Shown here: piece by piece, positions 48,128 through 56,947 of the stretch
Numbering within the stretch: the first letter of the stretch is position 1
How the letters are laid out: each line of letters begins with the position of its first letter
DNA from: Devosia sp.
Lineage (GTDB): Bacteria > Pseudomonadota > Alphaproteobacteria > Rhizobiales > Devosiaceae
Assembly (NCBI RefSeq): GCF_014860165.1
Contig: NZ_JACZKG010000062.1
Span: 46,507-110,506 of the forward strand
Reading direction: 5' to 3'
DNA: 64,000 bases
The notes under the pieces: generated by a model
Seen by the model: only the letters and a program-made list of their open reading frames with translations
What the model was told of the DNA's origin: nothing
Databases searched by the model: none
Program-made: the position numbers and the translations under genes

Positions 48128-48219
48128 TATCTTTCGGCGCAGGTCAAGACAGCTTGCGGCTGCTGACACGCCTTGTCAGCAGGCCTGGCCCAAAGGCGGT
48201 CACTCACGCGGAAATCACC

Positions 48220-48864
48220 ATGGACTATACCCAGGCGCTCTGGATCTATCTCATCCTGCTGTTCGGCATCATCGTGGTGCCCGGCATGGATATGTTCTTC
48301 GTGCTGACCAATGCCCTGACGCGCGGCCGCCGGGCCGGGCTCAGCGCCGTCTCCGGCATCATGGTGGGTGGCGCGGTCCACACCCTGTTCGGCGCATTGG
48401 CCGTCGGGCTGCTCACGCAGCTTCCGGGCATGATCTTCCAGGCGATGATCCTGGTCGGAGCCGTCTATATGGCGTGGATCGGCTATACGCTGCTGCGCAG
48501 TTCCATCACGGTGGACAGCATCGGCGGTGCTTCGACCCGCTCCGACTGGGTCGCCTTCCGGCAGGGACTCGTGACCTGCCTGCTCAATCCCAAGGCCTAT
48601 CTCTTCGTGCTCGCCGTGTTCCCGCAATTCATGCGGCCCGAATATGGGCCGATCTGGTCGCAGGCGCTGGTCATGGGCCTGATGACTGTCATCATGCAGT
48701 TCGTGATCTATGGCGCGCTGGCGCTGGCCGCGGGCAAGGGCCGCGATGCGCTGGTCGGCCATCCCCAGGTGACGATCTGGATCGGACGCGGGGCTGGCGC
48801 ATTGTTCATCGCGGTCGCCTTGTTCACGGCGTGGCATGGCCTGACCCAGCATGTTGGACCTTGA
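48220..48864 (+). CDS. LysE-family translocator
   Basis: MDYTQALWIYLILLFGIIVVPGMDMFFVL and NPKAYLFVLAVFPQF motifs; 214 aa from the internal ATG. Confidence 0.8.
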   Translation: MDYTQALWIYLILLFGIIVVPGMDMFFVLTNALTRGRRAGLSAVSGIMVGGAVHTLFGALAVGLLTQLPGMIFQAMILVGAVYMAWIGYTLLRSSITVDSIGGASTRSDWVAFRQGLVTCLLNPKAYLFVLAVFPQFMRPEYGPIWSQALVMGLMTVIMQFVIYGALALAAGKGRDALVGHPQVTIWIGRGAGALFIAVALFTAWHGLTQHVGP

Positions 48865-48877
48865 CCGAATCCGGATT

Positions 48878-48892
48878 GTTCCGCTTATGTTC
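48878..48892. promoter_or_regulatory. Alphaproteobacterial LexA (SOS) box GTTC-CGCTTAT-GTTC upstream of uvrA
   Basis: Perfect GTTC-N7-GTTC read directly, 189 nt upstream of the uvrA ATG and 14 nt after the LysE-family stop. Confidence 0.65.
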
Positions 48893-49080
48893 CCTGTGAT
48901 TGAATGGTGCTTTGGCAAGTGGTCGGGACACGCTAAGGTGACAAAAGAGACGGGCCGCCATGCGCGCAGACCGCTTGCGAGAGGGGCAAGCCAGGCCTAT
49001 CTGAGTGGCTCTCCTGCCCCGATGCCCCCATACCGACTTTGCCGCCGCGCTGCCTCCGGCGCACCGAGCCATGGACTGAT

Positions 49081-51978
49081 ATGATGACGCCAAAGCCCAG
49101 CCAGAACCGTGAGATCATCGTGCGCGGCGCCCGCGAGCACAATCTCAAGGGCATCGACCTCAAGCTGCCGCGCGACAGTCTCATCGTCATGACCGGCCTG
49201 TCCGGCTCGGGCAAGTCCTCGCTCGCCTTCGACACCATCTATGCCGAGGGCCAGCGCCGCTATGTGGAGTCGCTCTCGGCCTATGCCCGCCAGTTCCTGG
49301 AAATGATGCAGAAGCCCGATGTGGAGCACATCGAGGGCCTCAGCCCCGCCATCTCCATCGAGCAGAAGACGACGTCGCGTAACCCGCGCTCTACCGTTGG
49401 CACGGTGACGGAGATCTACGACTACCTCCGCCTGCTGTTCGCTCGCGTCGGCGTGCCCTATTCGCCTGCCACCGGCCTGCCGATCGAGAGCCAGACCGTC
49501 AGCCAGATGGTCGACAAGGTGCTGGAAATGCCGGAGGGCACGCGGCTCTTCCTGCTGGCGCCGATCGCCCGCGGCCGCAAGGGCGAGTACAAGAAGGAGC
49601 TGGCCGACCTGATGCGCAAGGGCTTCCAGCGCGTCAAGATCGATGGCGAGTATTACGAGATCGAGGATGCCCCGGCCCTCGACAAGAAGTTCAAGCACGA
49701 TATCGAAGTGGTGGTCGACCGCGTCGTGGTCGGGCCCGACATTTCCGGCCGCCTGGCGGAGAGCTTTGAGACGGCGCTGAAGCTGGCCGACGGCATCGCC
49801 CTGGTCGAGTTCGCCGACGAGAAGAACGAGGATGGCACGCCGCGCCAGACCACCTTCTCGGAGAAGTTCGCCTGCCCGGTCTCCGGCTTCACCATTGCCG
49901 AAATCGAGCCACGCCTGTTCTCGTTCAACAATCCCTTCGGCGCCTGCCCGGTCTGCGATGGCCTGGGCACAGAGCAGAAGATCGACCCCGACCAGATCGT
50001 GCCGGATACCAGCCTGTCGATCCGCGACGGCGCCATCCTGCCCTGGTCCAAGACCTCGGCACCCTATTACCTGCAGACCCTGCAGGCGGTGCTCAAGCAC
50101 TACGGCGCCTCGACCGGGACCGCCTGGTTCGACCTCCCGGAGGAGGTGCAGAATGCCGTGCTCTATGGCACCGGCAAGACGCCGATCAACTTCGTCTATG
50201 ACGATGGCCTGCGCCAGTACAAGACCACCAAGCCCTTCGAGGGCGTCATCGGCAACCTTGAGCGTCGCTACAAGGAAACCGAAAGCGCCGGCATGCGCGA
50301 GGAGATCGAGAAATACATGTCGGCCAAGCCGTGCATTGCCTGCGGCGGCTATCGGCTGAAGCCGGAGACGCTGGCGGTCAAGATCGATGGCCTGCATATC
50401 GGCCAGGTCACCGAGAAGTCGATCCGTACGGCGGCCGAGTGGTTTGAAGTGCTGCCGGAGAAGTTCACGCCCAACCAGAAGCTGATCGGCGAGCGCATCC
50501 TCAAGGAAATCCGCGAGCGCCTGAACTTCCTCATCGATGTGGGTCTCGACTACCTCACCATGGCGCGCAATTCGGGCACGCTTTCGGGCGGCGAGAGCCA
50601 GCGCATCCGCCTCGCCAGCCAGATCGGCTCAGGGCTGACGGGCGTGCTCTATGTGCTGGACGAACCGTCGATCGGCCTGCATCAGCGCGACAATGCCCGA
50701 CTGCTCGAAACGCTGCAGCGGCTGCGCGACATCGGCAATACGGTCATCGTCGTCGAGCACGACGAGGACGCCATCATGACGGCGGACTATGTCGTCGATA
50801 TCGGCCCCGGTGCGGGCGTGCATGGTGGCCATATCGTCGCCGAGGGCTCGCCGCAGGACATCCTCAACCACCCGGACTCGCTGACGGGCAAGTATCTCTC
50901 GGGGCGCATGGGCATTGCCATGCCCGCCGAGCGCCGTGAGGGCAAGAAGGGCAAGGTGCTGTCCGTCAAAGGCGCCACCGGCAACAATCTCAAGAATGTC
51001 TCGGTCGACGTGCCACTGGGCCTGTTTGTGGCCATTACCGGCGTCTCGGGCGGCGGCAAGTCGACGCTGATGATCGACACCATGTACCAGGCCATCGCCC
51101 GCCGGCTGAATGGCGCGCGCGTGGTCCCTGCCCCGCATGAAAGCCTCACCGGCCTCGAATTCCTCGACAAGGTCATCGATATCGACCAGTCGCCGATCGG
51201 CCGCACGCCGCGGTCCAACCCGGCCACCTATACCGGTGCCTTCACACCGCTGCGCGAATGGTTTGCCGGGCTGCCCGAAGCCAAGACGCGCGGCTATGGC
51301 CCCGGTCGGTTCAGCTTCAACGTCAAGGGCGGCCGTTGCGAGAAGTGCGAAGGCGATGGCGTCCTCAAGATCGAGATGCACTTCCTACCCGACGTCTACG
51401 TCACCTGTGACGTCTGCAAGGGCAAGCGCTACAACCGCGAGACGCTGGAAGTGCAGTTCAAGGGCAAGTCGATCTCCGACGTGCTCGACATGACGATCGA
51501 CGAAGGCGTGGACTTCTTCTCGGCCGTGCCTGTTATCCGCGACAAGTTCGCCACCTTGCAGCGGGTGGGCCTGGGCTATGTGAAGGTCGGCCAGCCGGCC
51601 AATACGCTGTCAGGCGGCGAGGCACAGCGCGTCAAGCTCTCCAAGGAGCTGAGCAAGCGCGCCACCGGCCGCACGCTCTACATGCTCGATGAGCCGACGA
51701 CGGGCCTCCACTTCCATGACGTGGCCAAGCTGCTCGACGTGCTGCACGAACTGGTCGAGGGCGGCAATACCGTCATCGTCATCGAGCACAATCTGGAAGT
51801 CATCAAGACCGCCGACTGGGTCATAGACCTCGGTCCCGAGGGCGGCGATGGCGGCGGCGAGATCGTCGCCGTAGGGACGCCGGAAGAGGTGGCCCAGAAC
51901 AAGCGGTCCTATACCGGGCAGTTCCTCAAGGAAGTGATGGCGCGGCGGCCCCATTTCGCGACGCGGGCGGCGGAGTAG
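49081..51978 (+). CDS. uvrA: Excinuclease ABC subunit A
   Basis: 965 aa with [44 protein letters not shown], zinc-finger Cys clusters, and a second ATPase module [10 protein letters not shown]...[11 protein letters not shown]. Confidence 0.97.
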   Translation: MMTPKPSQNREIIVRGAREHNLKGIDLKLPRDSLIVMTGLSGSGKSSLAFDTIYAEGQRRYVESLSAYARQFLEMMQKPDVEHIEGLSPAISIEQKTTSRNPRSTVGTVTEIYDYLRLLFARVGVPYSPATGLPIESQTVSQMVDKVLEMPEGTRLFLLAPIARGRKGEYKKELADLMRKGFQRVKIDGEYYEIEDAPALDKKFKHDIEVVVDRVVVGPDISGRLAESFETALKLADGIALVEFADEKNEDGTPRQTTFSEKFACPVSGFTIAEIEPRLFSFNNPFGACPVCDGLGTEQKIDPDQIVPDTSLSIRDGAILPWSKTSAPYYLQTLQAVLKHYGASTGTAWFDLPEEVQNAVLYGTGKTPINFVYDDGLRQYKTTKPFEGVIGNLERRYKETESAGMREEIEKYMSAKPCIACGGYRLKPETLAVKIDGLHIGQVTEKSIRTAAEWFEVLPEKFTPNQKLIGERILKEIRERLNFLIDVGLDYLTMARNSGTLSGGESQRIRLASQIGSGLTGVLYVLDEPSIGLHQRDNARLLETLQRLRDIGNTVIVVEHDEDAIMTADYVVDIGPGAGVHGGHIVAEGSPQDILNHPDSLTGKYLSGRMGIAMPAERREGKKGKVLSVKGATGNNLKNVSVDVPLGLFVAITGVSGGGKSTLMIDTMYQAIARRLNGARVVPAPHESLTGLEFLDKVIDIDQSPIGRTPRSNPATYTGAFTPLREWFAGLPEAKTRGYGPGRFSFNVKGGRCEKCEGDGVLKIEMHFLPDVYVTCDVCKGKRYNRETLEVQFKGKSISDVLDMTIDEGVDFFSAVPVIRDKFATLQRVGLGYVKVGQPANTLSGGEAQRVKLSKELSKRATGRTLYMLDEPTTGLHFHDVAKLLDVLHELVEGGNTVIVIEHNLEVIKTADWVIDLGPEGGDGGGEIVAVGTPEEVAQNKRSYTGQFLKEVMARRPHFATRAAE

Positions 51979-52037
51979 CAGACTCCTCGTCGCTACACTG
52001 ATCCGTTGGCACTGGTCAGAACTCAGTGCGTGTTGCC

Positions 52038-52085
52038 CACCCCTTCCCAGCCTCCCCCATTTAGGGGAGGTAGGAGGGAGTGGTG
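52038..52085. repeat. Imperfect hairpin CACCCCTTCCCAGCCTCCCC-cattta-GGGGAGGTAGGAGGGAGTGGTG downstream of uvrA (REP/terminator-like)
   Basis: Read directly. It belongs to the CTCCCC..GGGGAG palindrome group seen elsewhere in the window. Confidence 0.5.
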
Positions 52086-52529
52086 CCATACGCGCGATTC
52101 AACAGACTTATCCCCGCACCCCAAACCTCCCATATCCTTCACCCATCTTCACGGCAGAGCCGGTCATGACGAGTGATGACCGTGAAGGCGGCCAGGAATG
52201 GGAGGTCGCTTCCATTGGGCGGGGGGAACTCGGCAGCTGCGCTTGCGACACAGCGTACCTGGCCCGGACCCGCGAAAATCCTGGCGTGGTGGCGAGGCAA
52301 AGGCCTCACTTCCTTCATCTACCACTTCGAGGCAAGCGCCTCGCCACCGCTGCTCACTGCGGCAACCCACGAGCGAAAACCGCATTCAGGCGGCGCTTCG
52401 GCACGCCAAATGCGACAGATCAATGAAAATGCCATGCGTCCTGCGCATGAAGCCGTTGACGTTTACGACATGGCGCATGGGCTCAAATCACCCCATCTTG
52501 CGTTTGTCGATTAACCTTTCGAAGGGACC

Positions 52530-52688
52530 ATGCCGATGTTTGTCCGTGCCGTCTGGCGCATCAAGCGCCTGGTCGACATTAAGCAGACGTTGCGGGAAAT
52601 GGACGTTCCCTCGACGCGTGATGCCGATCTGCTGGGCCTTTCCGGCCCCGACTTCTCGAAGATGACGCGGTCGCTGTTCGATCGCTGA
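52530..52688 (+). CDS. Small hypothetical protein (52 aa), distantly DUF1127-like; below the ORF-track cutoff
   Basis: Hand translation gives MPMFVRAVWRIKRLVDIKQTLREMDVPSTRDADLLGLSGPDFSKMTRSLFDR. AAGGGA lies 3 nt upstream, third positions are mostly G/C, and a strong hairpin follows. Confidence 0.5.
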   Translation: MPMFVRAVWRIKRLVDIKQTLREMDVPSTRDADLLGLSGPDFSKMTRSLFDR

Positions 52689-52712
52689 GCGTTGTACGAG
52701 CGCGAGCTTTGC

Positions 52713-52750
52713 ATGGCCGCCGGATGGCCACCCGGCGGCCATCGCATTTG
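52713..52750 (+). terminator. Stem-loop ATGGCCGCCGG-atggccac-CCGGCGGCCAT followed by CGCATTTG
   Basis: 11-bp perfect stem, 25 nt after the stop of the 52-aa ORF. The U-tract is weak. Confidence 0.5.
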
Positions 52751-52886
52751 CGGCAACCTTAACCCAAAATGAACCACACCGGCCAAAGCCCCGCAGAAAC
52801 CGCATAGCTCATTTGATCAATGACCCACTGCTCATTTGCCGGGCACTGCCCTAAATACAGTCTCGTAAACGAAAAGGAGACTTCAA

Positions 52887-53036
52887 ATGGACATCCGCAA
52901 GACTTTCAAGAAGTGGGCCGCCTACCAGCAGACCGTTCGTGAGCTCGCCGCTCTCGACAATCGCCAGCTCAACGATCTGGGCATTTCGCGCACCGACATC
53001 AATCGGATTGCTCGCGATCATGCTGCCGGCCTCTAG
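52887..53036 (+). CDS. DUF1127 domain-containing small protein (49 aa); below the ORF-track cutoff
   Basis: MDIRKTFKKWAAYQQTVRELAALDNRQLNDLGISRTDINRIARDHAAGL matches the DUF1127 pattern (W..R.....L..L.DR.L.DIGISR.DI). A strong RBS AAAAGGAGA lies 7 nt upstream. Confidence 0.8.
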   Translation: MDIRKTFKKWAAYQQTVRELAALDNRQLNDLGISRTDINRIARDHAAGL

Positions 53037-53072
53037 TATTTGCCCGACTGAACTTTCAGCCTCAGCAAATCG

Positions 53073-53110
53073 AACAGCCGCTTCTCTCTGAGATGCGGCT
53101 GTTTTGCTGT
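53073..53110 (+). terminator. Rho-independent-type terminator after the DUF1127 gene
   Basis: AACAGCCGC-(13 nt)-GCGGCTGTT followed by TTGCTGT. Confidence 0.6.
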
Positions 53111-53124
53111 CTGCCTGCCGGCAG

Positions 53125-53778
53125 TCAGAACGCCAATCTGCCGACGAGCTCGGCATAGCTCACCATGACGGCCTGCCGAAACGCCGGTCGCTGCTCCAGC
53201 CGCCGATACCAGTTCTCCACGCCCGGCATGGCTGGCCGGTCGATATCCATGGTGAACCACCGGTAGAGCGCCACACCCGCCGCTATATCGGCATAACTTA
53301 AACGATTGCCCGCCAGATAATCCCGATCGGCCAGGTGCGCATCCAGGATGCGCAAGGCTGACACGGCTTTCGCGCAGGCCGCCGCAATGGCCTTGCGGTC
53401 ATGCTGCTCCGAAGGCGTGCGCACCAGCAGCCAGAACACCGCGATCCATGCCGGCTGGAAGGTCGTGGCGGTCCAGTCGGTCCATTGATCGACGATGGCC
53501 CGCTCCCGCACATTCTCGCGCCACAGCGTCTCCGGGCCGTAGGCTGCCGCCAGATAGCGAAGGATGGCGTGGCTCTCCCACACGACCAGATCGCCATCCT
53601 GCAGCGTCGGCACCAGCCTGTTGGGGTTCATCGCCCGATAGTGCGGCTCGTCCAGCCCGCCATGGGCGCCACCCACCAGCTTGTGTTCATAGGGCAGGCC
53701 CAGTTCGGCCAAGGCCCACAGAACCTTCTGCACATTGGCGGAGCTTGTGCGCCCCCACAGCGTCAATTCCAGACTCAC
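53125..53778 (-). CDS. Glutathione S-transferase family protein
   Basis: 217 aa; SSANVQKVLWALAELGLPYE...VPTLQDGDLVVWESHAILRYLA is a thioredoxin-like N-domain with a Ser-type G-site. Confidence 0.85.
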   Translation of the reverse strand: MSLELTLWGRTSSANVQKVLWALAELGLPYEHKLVGGAHGGLDEPHYRAMNPNRLVPTLQDGDLVVWESHAILRYLAAAYGPETLWRENVRERAIVDQWTDWTATTFQPAWIAVFWLLVRTPSEQHDRKAIAAACAKAVSALRILDAHLADRDYLAGNRLSYADIAAGVALYRWFTMDIDRPAMPGVENWYRRLEQRPAFRQAVMVSYAELVGRLAF

Positions 53779-53872
53779 CGCTTATCCCCCCAGAGCCGGT
53801 GCATGCTAATGTTCGCCCGTCCAAGCACAAGTGCTGGTTGCACCTGTTCACCCCACTTGCTATCTGCGGCCC

Positions 53873-55258
53873 ATGTCCAATCCAGAACCTATCCATATCA
53901 TTGGCGGCGGTCTCGCGGGGTCCGAAGCCGCCTGGCAGGCCGCCGAGGCCGGCGCCAAGGTCGTTGTCCACGAAATGCGCGGCGTGCGCGGCACCGATGC
54001 CCACAGCACCGACAGCTTTGCCGAGCTGGTCTGCTCCAACAGCTTCCGCTCGGACGATCACGAGCAGAACGCCGTCGGCCTGCTGCATGAGGAAATGCGG
54101 CGCTGCGGCTCGCTGATCATGCGCGCCGCCGACCAGCACCAGCTGCCGGCTGGCGGGGCCCTGGCGGTCGATCGGCACGGTTTTTCCGCCGAGGTGACCC
54201 GCGCAATTCACAACCACCCCAATATTACAGTCATACGCGAGGAGATCGCCGGCTGGCCGCCCGCCGAGTGGGGCAATGTCATCATCGCCAGTGGTCCCTT
54301 GACCTCCCCTGCCCTCGCCGACGCCATATTGGCAACGACAGGCGAGGATGCCCTCGCCTTCTTCGATGCCATCGCTCCCATCGTCCACAAAGACAGTATC
54401 AACATGGATATCGTCTGGGCCCAGTCGCGCTATGACAAGGCCGGCCCCGGCGGCACGGGCGCGGACTATCTCAACTGCCCGATGGACAAGGACCAGTATT
54501 TCGCCTTCGTCGAGGCCCTCAAGACCGCGCCGCTGCATGAATTCAAGGATTGGGAAAAAGTCCCCTATTTCGACGGCTGCCTGCCTATCGAGGTGATGGC
54601 CGAGCGCGGCGTCGAGACGCTGCGCCACGGCCCGATGAAGCCGGTTGGCCTGACCAATCCGCGCAACCCCACGGTCAAGCCGTACGCCATCGTCCAACTG
54701 CGGCAGGACAATGCGCTGGGCACGCTATGGAACATGGTCGGATTCCAGACCAAGATGCGCTACGGCATCCAGGCCGAAGTCTTCCGCATGATCCCGGGGC
54801 TTGAGAATGCGCAGTTTGCCCGTCTGGGCGGGTTGCATCGCAACACCTTCATCAACTCCCCCAAGGTGCTGGGAGCCGATCTCAAGCTCAAGAACGATCC
54901 GCGCATCCGCTTTGCCGGACAGGTGACGGGCGTCGAAGGCTATGTCGAAAGCGCCGCCGTCGGCCTCATTACCGGCCGGCTGGCCGCCGCCGACGCCCGG
55001 GGCGAGACGATGGCGACGCCGCCCATCACCACGGCGCTGGGTGCCCTGGTCGCCCATATCACCGGCGGCCATATCGAAGCCGAAAGCTATAGCGGCGCGC
55101 GCAGCTTCCAGCCGATGAACGTCAATTTCGGGCTCTTTCCCGAGGTCGAAATCGTCAAGCCCGAGGGCGCCGGTCGTTGGCGGGGCAATGACAAGACCAT
55201 TGCCAAGCGCAAGGCGATTACGTCCCGTGCACTCGAGGATCTCAAGGCCTGGGCATGA
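53873..55258 (+). CDS. trmFO: Methylenetetrahydrofolate--tRNA-(uracil54-C5)-methyltransferase (FADH2-oxidizing)
   Basis: [34 protein letters not shown] and [14 protein letters not shown] motifs. Confidence 0.92.
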   Translation: MSNPEPIHIIGGGLAGSEAAWQAAEAGAKVVVHEMRGVRGTDAHSTDSFAELVCSNSFRSDDHEQNAVGLLHEEMRRCGSLIMRAADQHQLPAGGALAVDRHGFSAEVTRAIHNHPNITVIREEIAGWPPAEWGNVIIASGPLTSPALADAILATTGEDALAFFDAIAPIVHKDSINMDIVWAQSRYDKAGPGGTGADYLNCPMDKDQYFAFVEALKTAPLHEFKDWEKVPYFDGCLPIEVMAERGVETLRHGPMKPVGLTNPRNPTVKPYAIVQLRQDNALGTLWNMVGFQTKMRYGIQAEVFRMIPGLENAQFARLGGLHRNTFINSPKVLGADLKLKNDPRIRFAGQVTGVEGYVESAAVGLITGRLAAADARGETMATPPITTALGALVAHITGGHIEAESYSGARSFQPMNVNFGLFPEVEIVKPEGAGRWRGNDKTIAKRKAITSRALEDLKAWA

Positions 55259-55707
55259 CCGAAGCCGAGCTCGAAACCTACCTGCATGACCACATCCCGC
55301 TATCGCGGGCCATGGCCGTGCGGGTGGTCTCGATCGCCGCGGACAAGGTCGTGCTCGGCGCTCCGCTCGGGCCCAATATCAATCACCGCGACACCGTGTT
55401 CGGCGGCAGCGCTTCGGCTCTCGCCATCCTGTCCGCCTGGTCGCTGCTGCATCTGCGCCTGCTGGCGGCAGGCCAGCCCAGCCGCCTGGTGATCCAGCGC
55501 AACAACATGGAATATCTGGCGCCAATAGCCGGCGATTTCACCGCCACGGCAACCCTAGACGCCGATGGCGGGTGGGACGGCTTCCTCAAGATGCTGACCC
55601 GCAGGGGGCTTGCCCGCATCACTGTTGGCGCAGAGCTGGACTATCAGGGCAAGATTGCCGGCCGACTCTCGGGCGAGTTCGTCGCCTTCGGCAAGGACCG
55701 GCTCTAG
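55255..55707 (+). CDS. YiiD C-terminal-type (hot-dog fold) putative thioesterase
   Basis: 150 aa with [22 protein letters not shown]; 4-nt overlap with trmFO. Confidence 0.7.
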   Translation: MTEAELETYLHDHIPLSRAMAVRVVSIAADKVVLGAPLGPNINHRDTVFGGSASALAILSAWSLLHLRLLAAGQPSRLVIQRNNMEYLAPIAGDFTATATLDADGGWDGFLKMLTRRGLARITVGAELDYQGKIAGRLSGEFVAFGKDRL

Positions 55708-56549
55708 CGGTTGCGCCAGTTCCACCAGGCCAGCCGGGCAATCTTGCGCCAGTCGGGCTCATCGGGCGCCACGCTGAATGGCCCGACCGACCGCCGGAGG
55801 TAGTGCGTCAGCTGGGCATCGAGCATGGCGATCTGGGCAAAGGCTGGCCTCAGCCCGGCGGGCAGCTGCCGGATCGCGGCCTCCGCCTTGTTCAGGTGCT
55901 CCACGGCCAGCTCGGCGACCTGGCCCAAGGCCTCGACGACGCCCTCGCTGGCGGTGCCTGAAAAAATCTCATCCTCGGTCACACCATTGGCGGCCATGAT
56001 CGACCAGGGCAGCATGATGCGCCCCTGCGAGGAGACATAGCCGAATGACCGCATATGCCCGATCATGGCATGGGCCACGCCAAGGTGTCCCGCCGCATCG
56101 CCGGTTTCGATGGTCTCGCCATCGTTGAGGATCATCGCCGCCAGCTGGTACAGCGTCGAAACCGTCTCGCCGGCATAGCCCTCGAAGGTTTCGAGATCGG
56201 GCATGGGGTCGTCATAGAGATCAAAGCGGCGTGCACCGATCAGGCGCAGCAGGGTGCCGGCCGGAATGCTGTAGCGGGTCATGGTGTCCAGCAGCGCATC
56301 GGCCACCGGGTTCTGCCTGATGGCGCCATGCCCCTGCCCTTCCAGGGCCTCGCTCCACCATTGCAGGCGGATTTCGCCGGGCGCCGGATCGGACACGCGC
56401 TCGCGGATCGAGGCGACGTCGGCGTTGAAGGCATAGAGAGCGGTCACCGCGTTGCGATGCTCGTCATCAAGCACCAGGGTCGACAGGTACCGGTCGCGGT
56501 CGCCCTTGCGCAGGGCTTCGGCGGCATGGACGAAACTGGCCTCGGCCAT
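55704..56549 (-). CDS. Phytoene/squalene synthase family protein (NDUFAF6-like)
   Basis: RKGDRDRYLSTLVLDDEHRNAVTALYAFNADVASIRE...RLQWW; 281 aa. Confidence 0.8.
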   Translation of the reverse strand: MAEASFVHAAEALRKGDRDRYLSTLVLDDEHRNAVTALYAFNADVASIRERVSDPAPGEIRLQWWSEALEGQGHGAIRQNPVADALLDTMTRYSIPAGTLLRLIGARRFDLYDDPMPDLETFEGYAGETVSTLYQLAAMILNDGETIETGDAAGHLGVAHAMIGHMRSFGYVSSQGRIMLPWSIMAANGVTEDEIFSGTASEGVVEALGQVAELAVEHLNKAEAAIRQLPAGLRPAFAQIAMLDAQLTHYLRRSVGPFSVAPDEPDWRKIARLAWWNWRNR

Positions 56550-56939
56550 CTAGCGCACCCTGTCGACGGCAATGAGGGCCGCGGCCACGGCGCGCTCCTC
56601 CGCCAGCAGCACGTTGTAGGTGCGGATGGCGCTGCCGGTATTCACCGCTTCGACGATGACCTTGCGCTCACGCAGCGCATCCCGCAGATCCCGCGGAATG
56701 GCGGCGATGTCCGGCCCCAGGCCGATCAGCAGCACGTCGATATCGTCGGCCGCCGCAAAGACCTGGGCCAGCGTTTCCGCCGTGATATCCGCCACTGCCG
56801 CGACGTCCCAGGCGAACATGCCCTTGGGCAGGCACAGCAATGAGCCCCGATGGGAGATGCCGGCAAAGCGGAAGCCGCCATTGCCATAGGCATCGATGCC
56901 GACCTGGGCCGGATAGTGCGGCGTCTCGATCAAGCCCAT
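56550..56939 (-). CDS. Mth938-like / DUF498 domain protein (NDUFAF3-like)
   Basis: IDAYGNGGFRFAGISHRGSLLCLP...IDVLLIGLG...EAVNTGSAIRTYNVLLAEERAVAAALI. The stop abuts the next start. Confidence 0.8.
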   Translation of the reverse strand: MGLIETPHYPAQVGIDAYGNGGFRFAGISHRGSLLCLPKGMFAWDVAAVADITAETLAQVFAAADDIDVLLIGLGPDIAAIPRDLRDALRERKVIVEAVNTGSAIRTYNVLLAEERAVAAALIAVDRVR

Positions 56940-56947
56940 CTCCGATC

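Noticed and set aside
52166-52514. Plus-strand ORFs of 86 and 113 aa in the uvrA-downstream gap
   Set aside because: They have no RBS, no codon bias comparable to neighbouring genes and no recognisable motifs. I treated the region as non-coding/structured instead.
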